64,000 bases of DNA from an uncultured Acidimicrobiaceae bacterium (GCA_963788125.1 CAWBFN010000003.1:184450-248449), one strand, 5' to 3'; positions 17,642 through 27,510 are shown, numbered from the stretch's first letter. Numbers and translations are program-made. The notes: generated by a model from the letters alone, not told the origin.

Positions 17642-18916
17642 TCACGAGCCCACACCCGCCGGCAGTTTCTCGGGGTCCCAGCCAAGCAGGGCGACCGCCT
17701 GACGGAAGGCGAAGCGGTCGGTCATGCCCGCCACATAGGTGACCGCGGCCTCTATCGCCAGCTCGCTGCCGGCGAGGATGTCCCGATATGCACCGCCACC
17801 GGTCTCGGCGATCAGGTGCGGGCGGTCGGAGAAGTGCTCGACCAGCGCCCGCAGCACGCGCACCACCGCCTCGCCCTGGCGCAGCGAGGCGTCGCGCAGA
17901 TAGATCCGCTCGTAGTTGCACGAGCGGAAGGCCGAGAGGGCCTCTGCGACCTCTTCCTCCATGCCGACCTGGCCGCTGCGGATGGTGGCGAGGACGACGC
18001 CGCGGATGAAGGCCGCCAGCTGGCTGCCGCGCTGCTCCCCGCAGAGATCGCGCACCGTCGTGGGCAGCTGGTGCGGGGAGACGATGCCGGTCAGCACGGC
18101 ATCCTCCCAGTCGTGGCAGACGTAGGCCACCCGGTCGGCCCAGCTGACCACCTCGCCCTCGGGTGTGCCCGGTGCCGGGCGGGACCAGCTGTGGTTGGCG
18201 ATCCCGTCGATCGTCTGGGTGCAGAGGTTGAGGGAGGCCAGCGAGACGTGCGCCCCCCACGGCGCATGATCGAAGCCGCCGGGGAGGTACGGGTCGAGGG
18301 CGTCCTCGCTGGCGTGGCCCCCCGGGCCGTGGCCGCAGTCGTGGCCCAGGGCGATCGCCTCGGTCAGGGCCACGTTGAGCCGGCACGCCCGGGCCATCGC
18401 CGTGGCCACCTGGGCCACCTCGAGTGCGTGGGTGAGCCGGGTGCGCTGGTGGTCCTGGGGGAACACGAACACCTGGGTCTTCCCGGCCAGGCGACGGAAG
18501 GAGGTGGCGTGCAGTATCCGATCCCTGTCCCGCTCGAAGCAGGTGCGCCACTCATCGGGTTCCTCCGCCCGGGCCCGGCTCCCGGCCCCCGACGCGCGCG
18601 TGGCACCCGGAGCGAGGAGGACGTCCTCCTGCTCCTCGCGGGCCAGCCGGTGCAGGGGCTCGTCGTCGGCGCGCCCGGTGGTGTCCCCGGGCCGGTCGAT
18701 CCGGGCGGCGGAGTCGGCGTGCGCCAGGCGGACGGGGCCCGAGTAGCCGGACATGGTCGACGCCCAACGCCGGCTGCGGGGCGACTCTCTTCCGGCATCG
18801 ACCCCGCCGGGGCTGCTTCCCGCATCGACCCCGCCGGGGTATCTTCCGGCATCGCCCCCGCCGGGGCCGCTGTGTTGGGGGCCGGTTCCGGTGGTGTCAC
18901 TGTTCATGTCATGCAT
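17642..18916 (-). CDS. dgt: dGTP triphosphohydrolase-like HD-domain protein
   Basis: FERDRDRILHATSFRRLAGKTQVF, TRLTHALEVAQVA and GHDCGHGPGGH. The low-complexity N-terminal ~100 aa leaves the start uncertain. Confidence 0.8.
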   Translation of the reverse strand: MHDMNSDTTGTGPQHSGPGGGDAGRYPGGVDAGSSPGGVDAGRESPRSRRWASTMSGYSGPVRLAHADSAARIDRPGDTTGRADDEPLHRLAREEQEDVLLAPGATRASGAGSRARAEEPDEWRTCFERDRDRILHATSFRRLAGKTQVFVFPQDHQRTRLTHALEVAQVATAMARACRLNVALTEAIALGHDCGHGPGGHASEDALDPYLPGGFDHAPWGAHVSLASLNLCTQTIDGIANHSWSRPAPGTPEGEVVSWADRVAYVCHDWEDAVLTGIVSPHQLPTTVRDLCGEQRGSQLAAFIRGVVLATIRSGQVGMEEEVAEALSAFRSCNYERIYLRDASLRQGEAVVRVLRALVEHFSDRPHLIAETGGGAYRDILAGSELAIEAAVTYVAGMTDRFAFRQAVALLGWDPEKLPAGVGS

Positions 18917-18986
18917 TCTGTCCCTTCGCTGTAACGTCCAAGTGCCCGCAGGTCCCGGCCGGGACCGCCGAGAGGAGCCAGATCAG

Positions 18987-19223
18987 GTGGACGTTCGTAT
19001 CGGAATCATCCAGACCCCGAGGGAGCTGGAGGTGGAGCTGAAGGACGACGAAGACCGCGACAAGGTGGTGGCCGACATAGAGAAGCTGCTCAAGTCGGGT
19101 GACGGCGTCCTGTGGCTCACCGATCGCAAGGGGCGCAAGGTGGGCGTCCCGGTGGTCAAGGTGGCCTACGTCGAGGTGGGGGCGCCCACCGCCGAGCGGC
19201 GTGTCGGCTTCGGGGCGCCCTGA
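18987..19223 (+). CDS. DUF3107-family small protein
   Basis: VDVRIGIIQTPRELEVELKDDEDRDKVV...VLWLTDRKGRKVGVPVVKVAYVEVG. GTG start with AGAGGAG upstream. Confidence 0.65.
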   Translation: MDVRIGIIQTPRELEVELKDDEDRDKVVADIEKLLKSGDGVLWLTDRKGRKVGVPVVKVAYVEVGAPTAERRVGFGAP

Positions 19224-19247
19224 CAGCCATGTCCCCGCAGGTGGACC

Positions 19248-20207
19248 GTGCCCCCGGCCGCTCCTGACCTCCTTCAGCTCAAGCTGGTCTTCGTCACCGG
19301 CAAGGGTGGGGTGGGCAAGACGACGGTGGCCGCCGCCCTGGCCCAGCTGGGGGCCGAGCACGGCAAGCATGTCCTGGCCTGCGAGGTGGACGCCAAGGGC
19401 GATCTGGCCGGTCTCTTCGAGGCGGCGCCCACCGAGTTCGTGCCGCGGGAGATCGCGCCCCGCATCTCGTCCATGTCGATGGACACCGAGGCGTCGCTGC
19501 GGGAGTACCTCAAGCTGCACCTGCGCATCCCGGTCGTGGGCCGCATCGGACCGCTGGCCAAGGCGTTCGACTTCGTGGCCACGGCGGCACCGGGCGTGCG
19601 GGAGATCCTGACCGTGGGCAAGCTCTGCTACGAGGTGCGGGAACGCCACTACGACCTCGTGGTGGTCGATGCGCCGGCCAGCGGGCACATCGTCGGACAG
19701 CTGGCGGCGCCCCAGGCCATCAACGACCTCGTCAAGGTGGGTCTGATCCGCAGCCAGACCGACTGGATGCTCGACATCCTCTCCGATGCCCGCCGGACGG
19801 GTCTGGTGGTCGTGACCACGCCCGAGGAGATGCCGGTGAACGAGACCCTCGAGCTGACGACGAGGGTGAGAGAGGAGACCACGGTGCAGACGTCCGCGGT
19901 CGTCGTCAACCGGGTGCTCCCCGAGCTCTTCGGCCAACGAGAGGAGGAGGTGTTCGAGCAGTTGCGGGAGCCGGCGGCGGTCTCGGTGCTGTCGGAGCGG
20001 GCGGGGGGTCCGGTGGCCCCGGTGCTCGAGGCGGCCCGCCTCGCCGTCACCCTGCGCCGGACCGGGGCCGGGCATCTCCAGCGGCTGCAGGCGGGCCTTC
20101 CGGCCGCCCTGCCGGTCCTGCTGCTGCCCGAGCTCTTCACCCGCACCCATGGTCTGCGCACGACCCACCAGATGGCCCAGGCCCTGGGCGAGGAGCTGGG
20201 GTACTGA
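19248..20207 (+). CDS. ArsA/Get3-like P-loop ATPase, first of a pair
   Basis: Deviant Walker A FVTGKGGVGKTTVAAAL. 319 aa. Confidence 0.75.
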   Translation: MPPAAPDLLQLKLVFVTGKGGVGKTTVAAALAQLGAEHGKHVLACEVDAKGDLAGLFEAAPTEFVPREIAPRISSMSMDTEASLREYLKLHLRIPVVGRIGPLAKAFDFVATAAPGVREILTVGKLCYEVRERHYDLVVVDAPASGHIVGQLAAPQAINDLVKVGLIRSQTDWMLDILSDARRTGLVVVTTPEEMPVNETLELTTRVREETTVQTSAVVVNRVLPELFGQREEEVFEQLREPAAVSVLSERAGGPVAPVLEAARLAVTLRRTGAGHLQRLQAGLPAALPVLLLPELFTRTHGLRTTHQMAQALGEELGY

Positions 20208-21370
20208 TGGCACCGCAGCGGGCCGCCGACCCGCCGCAGACGATCGCCCACCTGCTCTCGGCCAAGGAGATCGTCATCGCCTGCGGACCTGGGGGGGTGG
20301 GCAAGACCACCACGGCGGCGGCGGTCGGCGCCATGGCCGCCGCGGAGCACGGGGGCCGGGTCCTGGTGCTCACGGTCGATCCGGCGCGGCGGCTGGCCGA
20401 TGCGCTCGGACTGAAGGGCATCGGCAACCAGGAGGTGCGCATCTCCGACGAGGTGTTCCGGCGGGCCGGTGTCGCGCCCCGCGGCGAGCTGTGGGCCGCC
20501 ATGCTCGACTCCAAGCAGAGCTGGGACGACCTGGTCAGGCTCCACGCGCCGGACGACGCCACTCGGGAGAAGATCCTGGCCAACCCGCTCTACCAGAACA
20601 TCTCGGGACGGTTCGTGCAGTCCCACGACTACATCGCCATGGAACGCCTCTACGAGATTCACTCGGAGGGCACGTACGACCTGATCGTGGTGGACACGCC
20701 GCCGACCCGCAACGCCCTGGACTTCCTCGATGCGCCGCAGCGCCTGGCCGACTTCTTCTCGTCCCGCCTGCTGCGCTGGCTCATCGCGCCCTACCGGTCG
20801 CGTCTGGTGAACGCCGCCACGAAGCCGTTCTACACCGTGGCGGACCGGATCCTCGGAACCCAGTTCCTGGCCGACATCTCGGAGTTCTTCATTCTCTTCC
20901 AGTCCATGTACGAAGGATTCGTGAAACGGTCGGAGGCCGTGACCCGGCTGTTGTCCGACCGGCGGACCACCTTCATGGTGGTCTCCACCCTGGAGGCCAC
21001 CCCGTTGCGCGAAGCCGAGTTCTTCTCCGCCGAGCTGATCGCCCGCCGTCTGCACCTGGGCGCCATCGTCTTGAACAAGGTCTTGCCGGACTATCTGCGG
21101 GACTCGGCCACGGCGAGGTTGGCCCAGCACATGGCCGATCGGTTCGACACCCTGGGCGAGGGACTCACCGACGACCCCGTGCTGGCCGCCCGGGTCCTGA
21201 CCGAGGTGGCCGAGAGCTTCCTGCACTTCGGCATCGTGGCCCGCCGGGAGGCCGAAGAGCAGAACGAGCTGGTGGGCGCGCCGGAGATTCTGGTCACCGT
21301 GCCGTTCTTCGACGCCGACATCTACGACATGGAGGGACTGATCCGTCTGGGCCAACAGGTTTGGGACTGA
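20207..21370 (+). CDS. ArsA/Get3-like P-loop ATPase, second of a pair
   Basis: ACGPGGVGKTTTAAAVG. The start overlaps the previous stop (TGATG). Confidence 0.75.
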   Translation: MAPQRAADPPQTIAHLLSAKEIVIACGPGGVGKTTTAAAVGAMAAAEHGGRVLVLTVDPARRLADALGLKGIGNQEVRISDEVFRRAGVAPRGELWAAMLDSKQSWDDLVRLHAPDDATREKILANPLYQNISGRFVQSHDYIAMERLYEIHSEGTYDLIVVDTPPTRNALDFLDAPQRLADFFSSRLLRWLIAPYRSRLVNAATKPFYTVADRILGTQFLADISEFFILFQSMYEGFVKRSEAVTRLLSDRRTTFMVVSTLEATPLREAEFFSAELIARRLHLGAIVLNKVLPDYLRDSATARLAQHMADRFDTLGEGLTDDPVLAARVLTEVAESFLHFGIVARREAEEQNELVGAPEILVTVPFFDADIYDMEGLIRLGQQVWD

Positions 21371-21385
21371 GTCCTGGCGCCTACC

Positions 21386-22042
21386 ATGCAGGCCATGGAC
21401 GCGCTCATTCTTCCCGAAGTAGTGGCCTACGCGGAGTCCCACTCCACCGCCCCCCCGCCCCACCTCGCCGCGGTCGACGAATCGACCCGGAACGACTTTC
21501 CCAGTTGGGGGATGATGGTGGGTCGCCAGGAGGGCCGGTTCCTCGAGCTCCTGGTCTTCGCCGCCCAGGCCACCCGGGTGCTCGAGATCGGCACCTTCAC
21601 CGGGTACTCCTCCATCGCCATGGCGGCCGGCCTCCCCGAGGGGGGGTCGATCGTCTCGCTCGAGGTCAACCCCCACCACGCGACCACGGCCCGGGGCAAC
21701 ATCGCGGCGGCGGGGTTGGAGAGCCGGATCAGCGTGATCGAGGGGCCGGCCCTCGAGTCACTGGCCGAACTCAGCGGGCCCTACGACCTCGTCTTCATTG
21801 ACGCCGACAAGCCGGGCTACGACGCCTACTTCGAGGCGGTGCTGCCCAAGCTGGCGCCCCACGGGTTGATCGTGGCCGACAACACGCTGTTCTCCGGCGG
21901 CGTGCTGGACAGCGCGGCGGACCGCAGCGAAGGAGCCGCGGCGCTGCGCGCCTTCAACGACAAGCTGGTGGAGGATCCCCGGGTGGTCTGCGCACTGACG
22001 ACCGTCCGGGACGGCGTGACGCTCATCCGCCGCGCCGGCTGA
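21386..22042 (+). CDS. Class I SAM-dependent O-methyltransferase (caffeoyl-CoA OMT-like)
   Basis: VLEIGTFTGYSSIAMA SAM motif and DLVFIDADK. Confidence 0.75.
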   Translation: MQAMDALILPEVVAYAESHSTAPPPHLAAVDESTRNDFPSWGMMVGRQEGRFLELLVFAAQATRVLEIGTFTGYSSIAMAAGLPEGGSIVSLEVNPHHATTARGNIAAAGLESRISVIEGPALESLAELSGPYDLVFIDADKPGYDAYFEAVLPKLAPHGLIVADNTLFSGGVLDSAADRSEGAAALRAFNDKLVEDPRVVCALTTVRDGVTLIRRAG

Positions 22043-22061
22043 GGCTCGGACCAGGCACCGG

Positions 22062-22961
22062 GTGCTCGACTACCACCTCCACCTCTGGCCGCACTCGCAG
22101 GCCGAGACGCCGCTGCGCCTCGACCAGCTGGCGGCGTACTGCGAGCGGGCGCAGGCGGCGGGTGTGGAGGAGCTGGCCGTCACCGAGCACCTCTTCCGTT
22201 TCCGCCAGGCGGCTGACCTTCTCGGCGGCTTCTGGGCCGACGACGGCGTGCCGCCGGCGCTGCAGGCGTCCATGGCCGACTACTGGGCCTTCCACGCCAC
22301 CGCCGATCTGGACGAGTACGTGCGGTGCGTCGAGGAGGCGAAGGACGCCGGCCTGCCCGTGGTGATCGGGATGGAAGTCGACTACTACCCCGGCCGCATG
22401 GACGAGGTGAGCACCCTTCTGGTCGACTACCCCTTCGATGTCCTGCTCGGATCCGTGCACTGGCTGGGTGCGTGGCGCTTCGACGACCTCGATGTACCGC
22501 TGCAGATGGACGAGTGGTCGATCCGCCAGGTGGACGCCTGCTGGGAGCAGTACACGGGCGCGCTGGAGGAGCTGGCCGCATCGGGCGCCTGCGACGTGCT
22601 GGCCCACCCCGACCTCATAAAGGTGGCGGGCCACGTCCCCGACGCTCCCGAGGAGTGGTGGGATCGCATGGCCGAGGCGGCGGCATCGTCGGGCATGGCG
22701 GCGGAGCTCTCCTCGGCCGGGTGGCGCAAGCCGGTGGGGGAGCAGTATCCCGCCCTCCCGCTCCTGCAGCGGTTCGCCGATCGTGGCGTTCCCTTCACGA
22801 CGGCCTCTGACGCGCACCGGCTCGAGCACGTGGCCGACGCCGCCCCCGGTCTCCGCGCCATCCTGGGCTCCGTCGGGGTCGACTCCCTGCGGGGTTACCG
22901 CGCGCGGGTGCCCCACAGGGTGGACGTGGGGGGCCTGCCGGCCCCGGTGGGCGAGGCCTAG
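22062..22961 (+). CDS. PHP-family histidinol-phosphatase-like hydrolase
   Basis: N-terminal DYHLHLWPH metal motif, LGSVHW and AHPDL. Confidence 0.7.
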   Translation: MLDYHLHLWPHSQAETPLRLDQLAAYCERAQAAGVEELAVTEHLFRFRQAADLLGGFWADDGVPPALQASMADYWAFHATADLDEYVRCVEEAKDAGLPVVIGMEVDYYPGRMDEVSTLLVDYPFDVLLGSVHWLGAWRFDDLDVPLQMDEWSIRQVDACWEQYTGALEELAASGACDVLAHPDLIKVAGHVPDAPEEWWDRMAEAAASSGMAAELSSAGWRKPVGEQYPALPLLQRFADRGVPFTTASDAHRLEHVADAAPGLRAILGSVGVDSLRGYRARVPHRVDVGGLPAPVGEA

Positions 22962-22964
22962 GGA

Positions 22965-24509
22965 GTGCCCACCCCGGCCGAGCTGGCCCAGTCCCACACG
23001 GCGCTCACGCCCGAGGAGCTCGATCATCTCCAGCGCCTGCTCGGAAGCTGGAGCGTCCTCGCCGACCTCTCCTTCTCCGACCTGCTCCTGGTGGTCCCGG
23101 TGTCCGCCGGCCCGGGTCTGCCGGTGCCCGACGACCCCGAGCTGGTGGTTCTCGGCCAGATTCGCCCGAACAACCGACCAACCCTGGTCGATCAGGACCT
23201 GGTCGGGCAGACGATCAACGAAACGCAGTGGGCGCTGGCCGCCAGCTGCCTGCACAGCGGCGAGATCGTGAGGGGCAGCATCCACCACCCCATCCTGGGC
23301 GAGCAGGTTCCGGTGGAGAACATCCCCGTCCGCCTCGGGAACGAGGTGATCGCCGTCCTCCTGCGGGTATCGCTGGCGCCGCTCAAGGGGCCCACCAGCA
23401 TGTACGAGCGGACCTACCTCGACGTGTTCGAGCGCCTGGCCGACATGGTGGCCCAGTCCGCCTTCCCCTATCCCGATGAGGACGTGGGCACCGAGGAGGC
23501 GCCGCGTGTGGGCGACGGCGTGGTGGTGGTCGATGCCGACGGGCGGGTGGAGTTCGCCTCGCCCAACGCCCTGAACGCCTTCCACCGCATGGGGATCTAT
23601 GCACCTCCCGAGGGTCGGCGCCTGGGCGACCTCGATATCGAGGAGTCGGCGATCGAATGGGCCCTGGCGAACGGACGCCCGGTCGTCGAGGAGGTGGAAC
23701 GGCGCCCCGATGTGATCGTCCTCCTGCACTGCATCCCCCTCCTGTCCCACGGCGTGGTCACCGGAGCGATGATCCTCCTGCGCGACGTGACCGACGTGCG
23801 GCGGCTGGACAGGCTCCTGCTCTCCAAGGACGCCGCCATTCGCGAAGTGCACCATCGCGTGAAGAACAACCTCCAGACGATCTCGTCGCTCTTGAACCTC
23901 CAGGCCCGCCGGGTGGGCGAGCGGGCCGCCCGCGTCGCCCTGCACGAGGCCGAGCGACGCGTACGGTCGATCTCCCTGGTGCACGAGATCCTCTCCCGCG
24001 ACCCCAGCGACCAGGTCCCCTTCGCGGAGATCGTGGTCTCGCTGATCCAGATGGCCGAGGACTCAGTGGTCTCCTCGCAGCCCATCGTGATCACGACCGA
24101 CGGCGACCTCGGCGAGGTGAAGGCCGATGTCGCCACGCCCCTGGCGGTCACCCTGGCCGAGCTCCTGCAAAATGCGGTGGAGCACGCCTTCGATCCCGCC
24201 TCCGCCGGCCAGGACGGTCCGGCCGACCCCGCCGCAGCCGGGGACGGCTACGGGGACGGTGCGCCGGTCGGTCACGTCGAGGTGACCCTCACCAACGACG
24301 GTGGAGAGCTCACCGTGGCCGTCCGTGACGACGGGCGCGGCCTCCCCGAGGGGTTCGACATCGAGAAGACCACCAGTCTGGGCCTTTCCATCGTGCGCGA
24401 TCTCGTGGCCAGCCAACTGGAGGGCAGGATCTCCATGGAGGCGCTTCCTGAGGCCCAGGGCGGCGGGACCCGCGCGGTGATCACGGTCCCGGTGCGAGCC
24501 CCCCGCTAG
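22965..24509 (+). CDS. pdtaS: Sensor histidine kinase of the PdtaS type (GAF/PAS N-terminus, HisKA_2-type H box)
   Basis: LADLSFSDLLLVVPV, ASPNALNAFHRMG and the H box IREVHHRVKNNLQTISSLLNLQARR. The HATPase C-terminus includes ELLQNAVEHAF. Sits next to whiB, as pdtaS does next to whiB1 in mycobacteria. Confidence 0.8.
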   Translation: MPTPAELAQSHTALTPEELDHLQRLLGSWSVLADLSFSDLLLVVPVSAGPGLPVPDDPELVVLGQIRPNNRPTLVDQDLVGQTINETQWALAASCLHSGEIVRGSIHHPILGEQVPVENIPVRLGNEVIAVLLRVSLAPLKGPTSMYERTYLDVFERLADMVAQSAFPYPDEDVGTEEAPRVGDGVVVVDADGRVEFASPNALNAFHRMGIYAPPEGRRLGDLDIEESAIEWALANGRPVVEEVERRPDVIVLLHCIPLLSHGVVTGAMILLRDVTDVRRLDRLLLSKDAAIREVHHRVKNNLQTISSLLNLQARRVGERAARVALHEAERRVRSISLVHEILSRDPSDQVPFAEIVVSLIQMAEDSVVSSQPIVITTDGDLGEVKADVATPLAVTLAELLQNAVEHAFDPASAGQDGPADPAAAGDGYGDGAPVGHVEVTLTNDGGELTVAVRDDGRGLPEGFDIEKTTSLGLSIVRDLVASQLEGRISMEALPEAQGGGTRAVITVPVRAPR

Positions 24510-24518
24510 CCGGGGGGA

Positions 24519-24815
24519 TCAGAACGTGCGCTGGGACCGGCGAGCGGCCAACCAGGCCTTGCGCAGCTTGCGACGCTCCTCCTCTGAGGTGCCGCCCCAC
24601 ACGCCGGACTCCTGGTTGGTGGCCAGCGCGAAGTCCAGGCAGGGCTCGAGCGCCTCGCACGAGCGGCAGACGCCCTTGGCGGCATCGATCTGGTCGATGG
24701 CCGCGCCCGTGGTGCCGACGGGGAAGAACAGGTCTGGTTCGGTGTTCCGACATGCTGCCGCACGACGCCAGTCGTCTGCGTCCCAGTCGACGGTCCGGTT
24801 CCACATGAGAGCCAT
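24519..24815 (-). CDS. whiB1: WhiB-family Fe-S transcription factor (WhiB1-like)
   Basis: CRNTEPDLFFPVG, C-x2-C-x5-C (CRSCEALEPC) and GVWGG turn. ATG at 24815 is preceded by GGAGG at 8-nt spacing. The GTG at 24854 lies inside the CRP box. Confidence 0.85.
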   Translation of the reverse strand: MALMWNRTVDWDADDWRRAAACRNTEPDLFFPVGTTGAAIDQIDAAKGVCRSCEALEPCLDFALATNQESGVWGGTSEEERRKLRKAWLAARRSQRTF

Positions 24816-24839
24816 TGGGAGAGCCTCCACCCACGCGGT

Positions 24840-24855
24840 TGTGATCCTTTTCACA
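24840..24855. promoter_or_regulatory. Perfect CRP/FNR-family box TGTGA-N6-TCACA upstream of whiB
   Basis: The plus strand reads TGTGATCCTTTTCACA. The centre is ~32 nt upstream of the whiB ATG. Confidence 0.6.
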
Positions 24856-24910
24856 TGATCGAACCCAAATTGGTATCCGTCAAAGAGAAGGGATTGACGA
24901 GAAGAGGGTA

Positions 24911-25696
24911 ATGGGTCGCCACGCCACTGGCAAGCAGTTTGGTGAATTTTTCGAACGGGGGCACAAAGATGCGCGTCATGCAGGGGAGAGAGGGGCGGTG
25001 ACGGCCGTCTACGCCCATCGCGGCTGTACGGTCGGCTACGGGGAGAACACGCTGGAGGCCTTTGCCGAAGCCAAGCGGCTGGGCGCCGACGGCGTCGAGC
25101 TCGATGTGCGACTGACGGCCGACGGGGCCCTGGCTGTCCACCACGATCCCGTGATTGCCGGGCTCGGTCCGGTGGCCGGCCTGACGGTGTCCGACCTCCC
25201 CGCCCACGTACCCCTGCTGGCCGACGCGCTGACCGTCTGTGACGGCCTGGTGGTCGACGTGGAGATCAAGAACGATCCCGCGCAGCCGGGGTACGACCCG
25301 GGCGAGTCGGTGGCCGCGCTCACCGCGGCCGCCGTGGCCGAGGCCGGTTGGACCGAGCGGGTGATCGTCTCATCGTTCCAGGCCAGCACCTTGCGCGCTG
25401 CGCAGGTGGCCGACGGACGGCTGAGGCTGGGAGCCCTGTGGTCCGTCTTCGCCGACGCCGACGCCGCAGTGGACCTGGCCGTCGAGGAGGGGTGGTACGC
25501 CATCCATCCGTTCGTCACCGCGGTCAGCCCCGCTCTGGTCGAGCGGGCCCACCGGGCCGGCCTGGCCGTCAACGTCTGGACGGTCAACTCCCCCCGGGAC
25601 CTCGCCGCCCTCGTCGAGCTGGGCGTGGACGGGGTCATCACCGACCTGCTGGACAACGCCCTGTCCATCGCCCGCAGCGGTGGCAGCGCCGGGTGA
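24911..25696 (+). CDS. Glycerophosphodiester phosphodiesterase
   Basis: YAHRG...ENTLEAFAEAKRLGADGVELDVRLTADGALAVHHD. The start may be the internal GTG (VTAVYAHRG). Confidence 0.8.
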   Translation: MGRHATGKQFGEFFERGHKDARHAGERGAVTAVYAHRGCTVGYGENTLEAFAEAKRLGADGVELDVRLTADGALAVHHDPVIAGLGPVAGLTVSDLPAHVPLLADALTVCDGLVVDVEIKNDPAQPGYDPGESVAALTAAAVAEAGWTERVIVSSFQASTLRAAQVADGRLRLGALWSVFADADAAVDLAVEEGWYAIHPFVTAVSPALVERAHRAGLAVNVWTVNSPRDLAALVELGVDGVITDLLDNALSIARSGGSAG

Positions 25697-25760
25697 GAGG
25701 CGGCGACCCCGGGGAGACCGAATGGCGGGAGGGGCCCCAGTTCGTCAAAGATGAGCGGCC

Positions 25761-26537
25761 ATGAACGTCGTTGTCTGCGTGAAACAGATCCCCGATCCGG
25801 CTGCTCCCGCCGCACTCGATCCCGTGACCAAGACCCTCGTCCGCACCGGAAAGCTGATCATGGACGACTCCGACAACTACGGGGTCGAGATGGCCCTGCA
25901 GCTCGCCGGGGGCGAGGGGGACGAGGTCACCCTGGTGTCCATGGCTCCCGGCGGCGAGATGTCGGGCCTGCGCACCGGTCTGGCCATGGGGGCGGCGAAG
26001 GCCATCCTGATCAGCGATGACGCCCTGGCGGGCAGTGACGCGCTGGGCACGGCCAAGGTGCTGGCCGCCGCCATCACCCGGGCCAATCCGGACCTGATCG
26101 TCATGGCCACCGAGTCGACCGACGGCTACACCGGCACCCTCCCGGTCCAGGTGGCCGAGCTGCTCGGGCTGCCCTCGGTGACGTTCGCCAAGGCGATCGC
26201 CATCGACGGTGACTCGGTCAAGGTGGAGCGCCAGACCGAGTCGGGCTTCGACGAGGTCGTGTGCCCCATGCCGGCGGTGGTCACGGTCACCGCCGGGGTG
26301 GTCGAGCCCCGGTACCCCTCTTTCAAGGGCATCATGGCGGCCAAGTCCAAGCCGGTCGACAATCTGACCGTGGCCGACCTCGGCATCGAGGCGTCGCAGG
26401 TCGGCACAGCGGGCAGCGGCCAGGAGATAACCGACGTGTCGGAGGCCGAGTCGCGCGGCTCCGGTGAGATCGTGGTGGACGAGGGTGACGGTGCGCAGCG
26501 CGTCGTCGCCTTCCTCGAGCAGCTGAAGGTGATCTGA
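25761..26537 (+). CDS. etfB: Electron transfer flavoprotein beta subunit
   Basis: MNVVVCVKQIPD... 258 aa, immediately followed by etfA. Confidence 0.9.
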   Translation: MNVVVCVKQIPDPAAPAALDPVTKTLVRTGKLIMDDSDNYGVEMALQLAGGEGDEVTLVSMAPGGEMSGLRTGLAMGAAKAILISDDALAGSDALGTAKVLAAAITRANPDLIVMATESTDGYTGTLPVQVAELLGLPSVTFAKAIAIDGDSVKVERQTESGFDEVVCPMPAVVTVTAGVVEPRYPSFKGIMAAKSKPVDNLTVADLGIEASQVGTAGSGQEITDVSEAESRGSGEIVVDEGDGAQRVVAFLEQLKVI

Positions 26538-26538
26538 G

Positions 26539-27510
26539 ATGGCGATCGACAAGGTATGGGTACTGGCCGAAGCGGGGGATTCGGGCCCGACGCCCATCAC
26601 TCTCGAGCTGTTGTCCGAGGCCCGGTCGGTCGCCGGGACGGTCGAGGCCGTGGCGTGGGGCTCGACCACCGCCTCCCTCGCCGCGGCGTTGGGCGAGTAC
26701 GGGGCCACCACCGTCTACGACGTGGGGGACCTCGGGGGCGCCCTCCCTGGCTCCCCGGTGGCCGGGGCGATGGCCATGCTGATCGAGGGCGGGAACGGTC
26801 CCGACGCCATCTTGGTGCCCGCCACCTACGACGGACGCGATGTGGCCGGTCGCCTCTCGGCGAAGCTCGATCGTCCGGTGTTGACCAACGTCACCGGTCT
26901 CGTCGCCGACGAGGGCGGGCTCTTGAGCCAGCACCCGGTGTTCGGCGGGAGCCACATCGTCACGGCACGCTTCACCGGTCCGGGCCCGGCCATCTTTGTG
27001 ATCAGGGCCAAGTCCTTCGTGGCCGAGCCCTCCGGCGGCTCGCCCGCCGCGGTGGTTTCCGCCCCGGCGCCCGACATCGGCGCCGCCAACGGGGCCAGGA
27101 TCGTGGAGCGCCATGTCGAAGAGCGCAGTGGCCCCAAGCTGGACGAGGCCGCCGTGGTCGTCTCGGGCGGTCGAGGCCTGGGCGACGCGGCCAACTACGC
27201 GCTCATTGAGGAGCTGGCCAAGCTGCTCCACGGTGCCGCCGGTGCCAGCCGGGCCATCGTCGACGCCGGGTGGGTGCCGTACTCGCACCAGGTCGGGCAG
27301 ACGGGCAAGACGGTGAAGCCGACGGTCTACGTGGCCTGCGGGATATCCGGGGCGACGCAGCATCTGGTGGGCATGAAGGGCTCCAAGAACATCGTCGCCA
27401 TCAACAAGGACCGGGATGCACCGATATTCTCCGTGGCCGACCTCGGCATCGTGGGCGATGTGCACAAGGTCCTCCCGGCGTTGATCGAGGCGCTCAAAGC
27501 CCAGGTCTGA
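26539..27510 (+). CDS. etfA: Electron transfer flavoprotein alpha subunit
   Basis: C-terminal FAD-binding region [28 protein letters not shown]. Confidence 0.9.
   Translation: MAIDKVWVLAEAGDSGPTPITLELLSEARSVAGTVEAVAWGSTTASLAAALGEYGATTVYDVGDLGGALPGSPVAGAMAMLIEGGNGPDAILVPATYDGRDVAGRLSAKLDRPVLTNVTGLVADEGGLLSQHPVFGGSHIVTARFTGPGPAIFVIRAKSFVAEPSGGSPAAVVSAPAPDIGAANGARIVERHVEERSGPKLDEAAVVVSGGRGLGDAANYALIEELAKLLHGAAGASRAIVDAGWVPYSHQVGQTGKTVKPTVYVACGISGATQHLVGMKGSKNIVAINKDRDAPIFSVADLGIVGDVHKVLPALIEALKAQV

Noticed and set aside
24816-24854. GTG at 24854 as the whiB start (111-aa model).
   Set aside because: This GTG lies inside the CRP palindrome and has no SD. ATG 24815 has GGAGG at 8-nt spacing and gives a length closer to known WhiB1 proteins.
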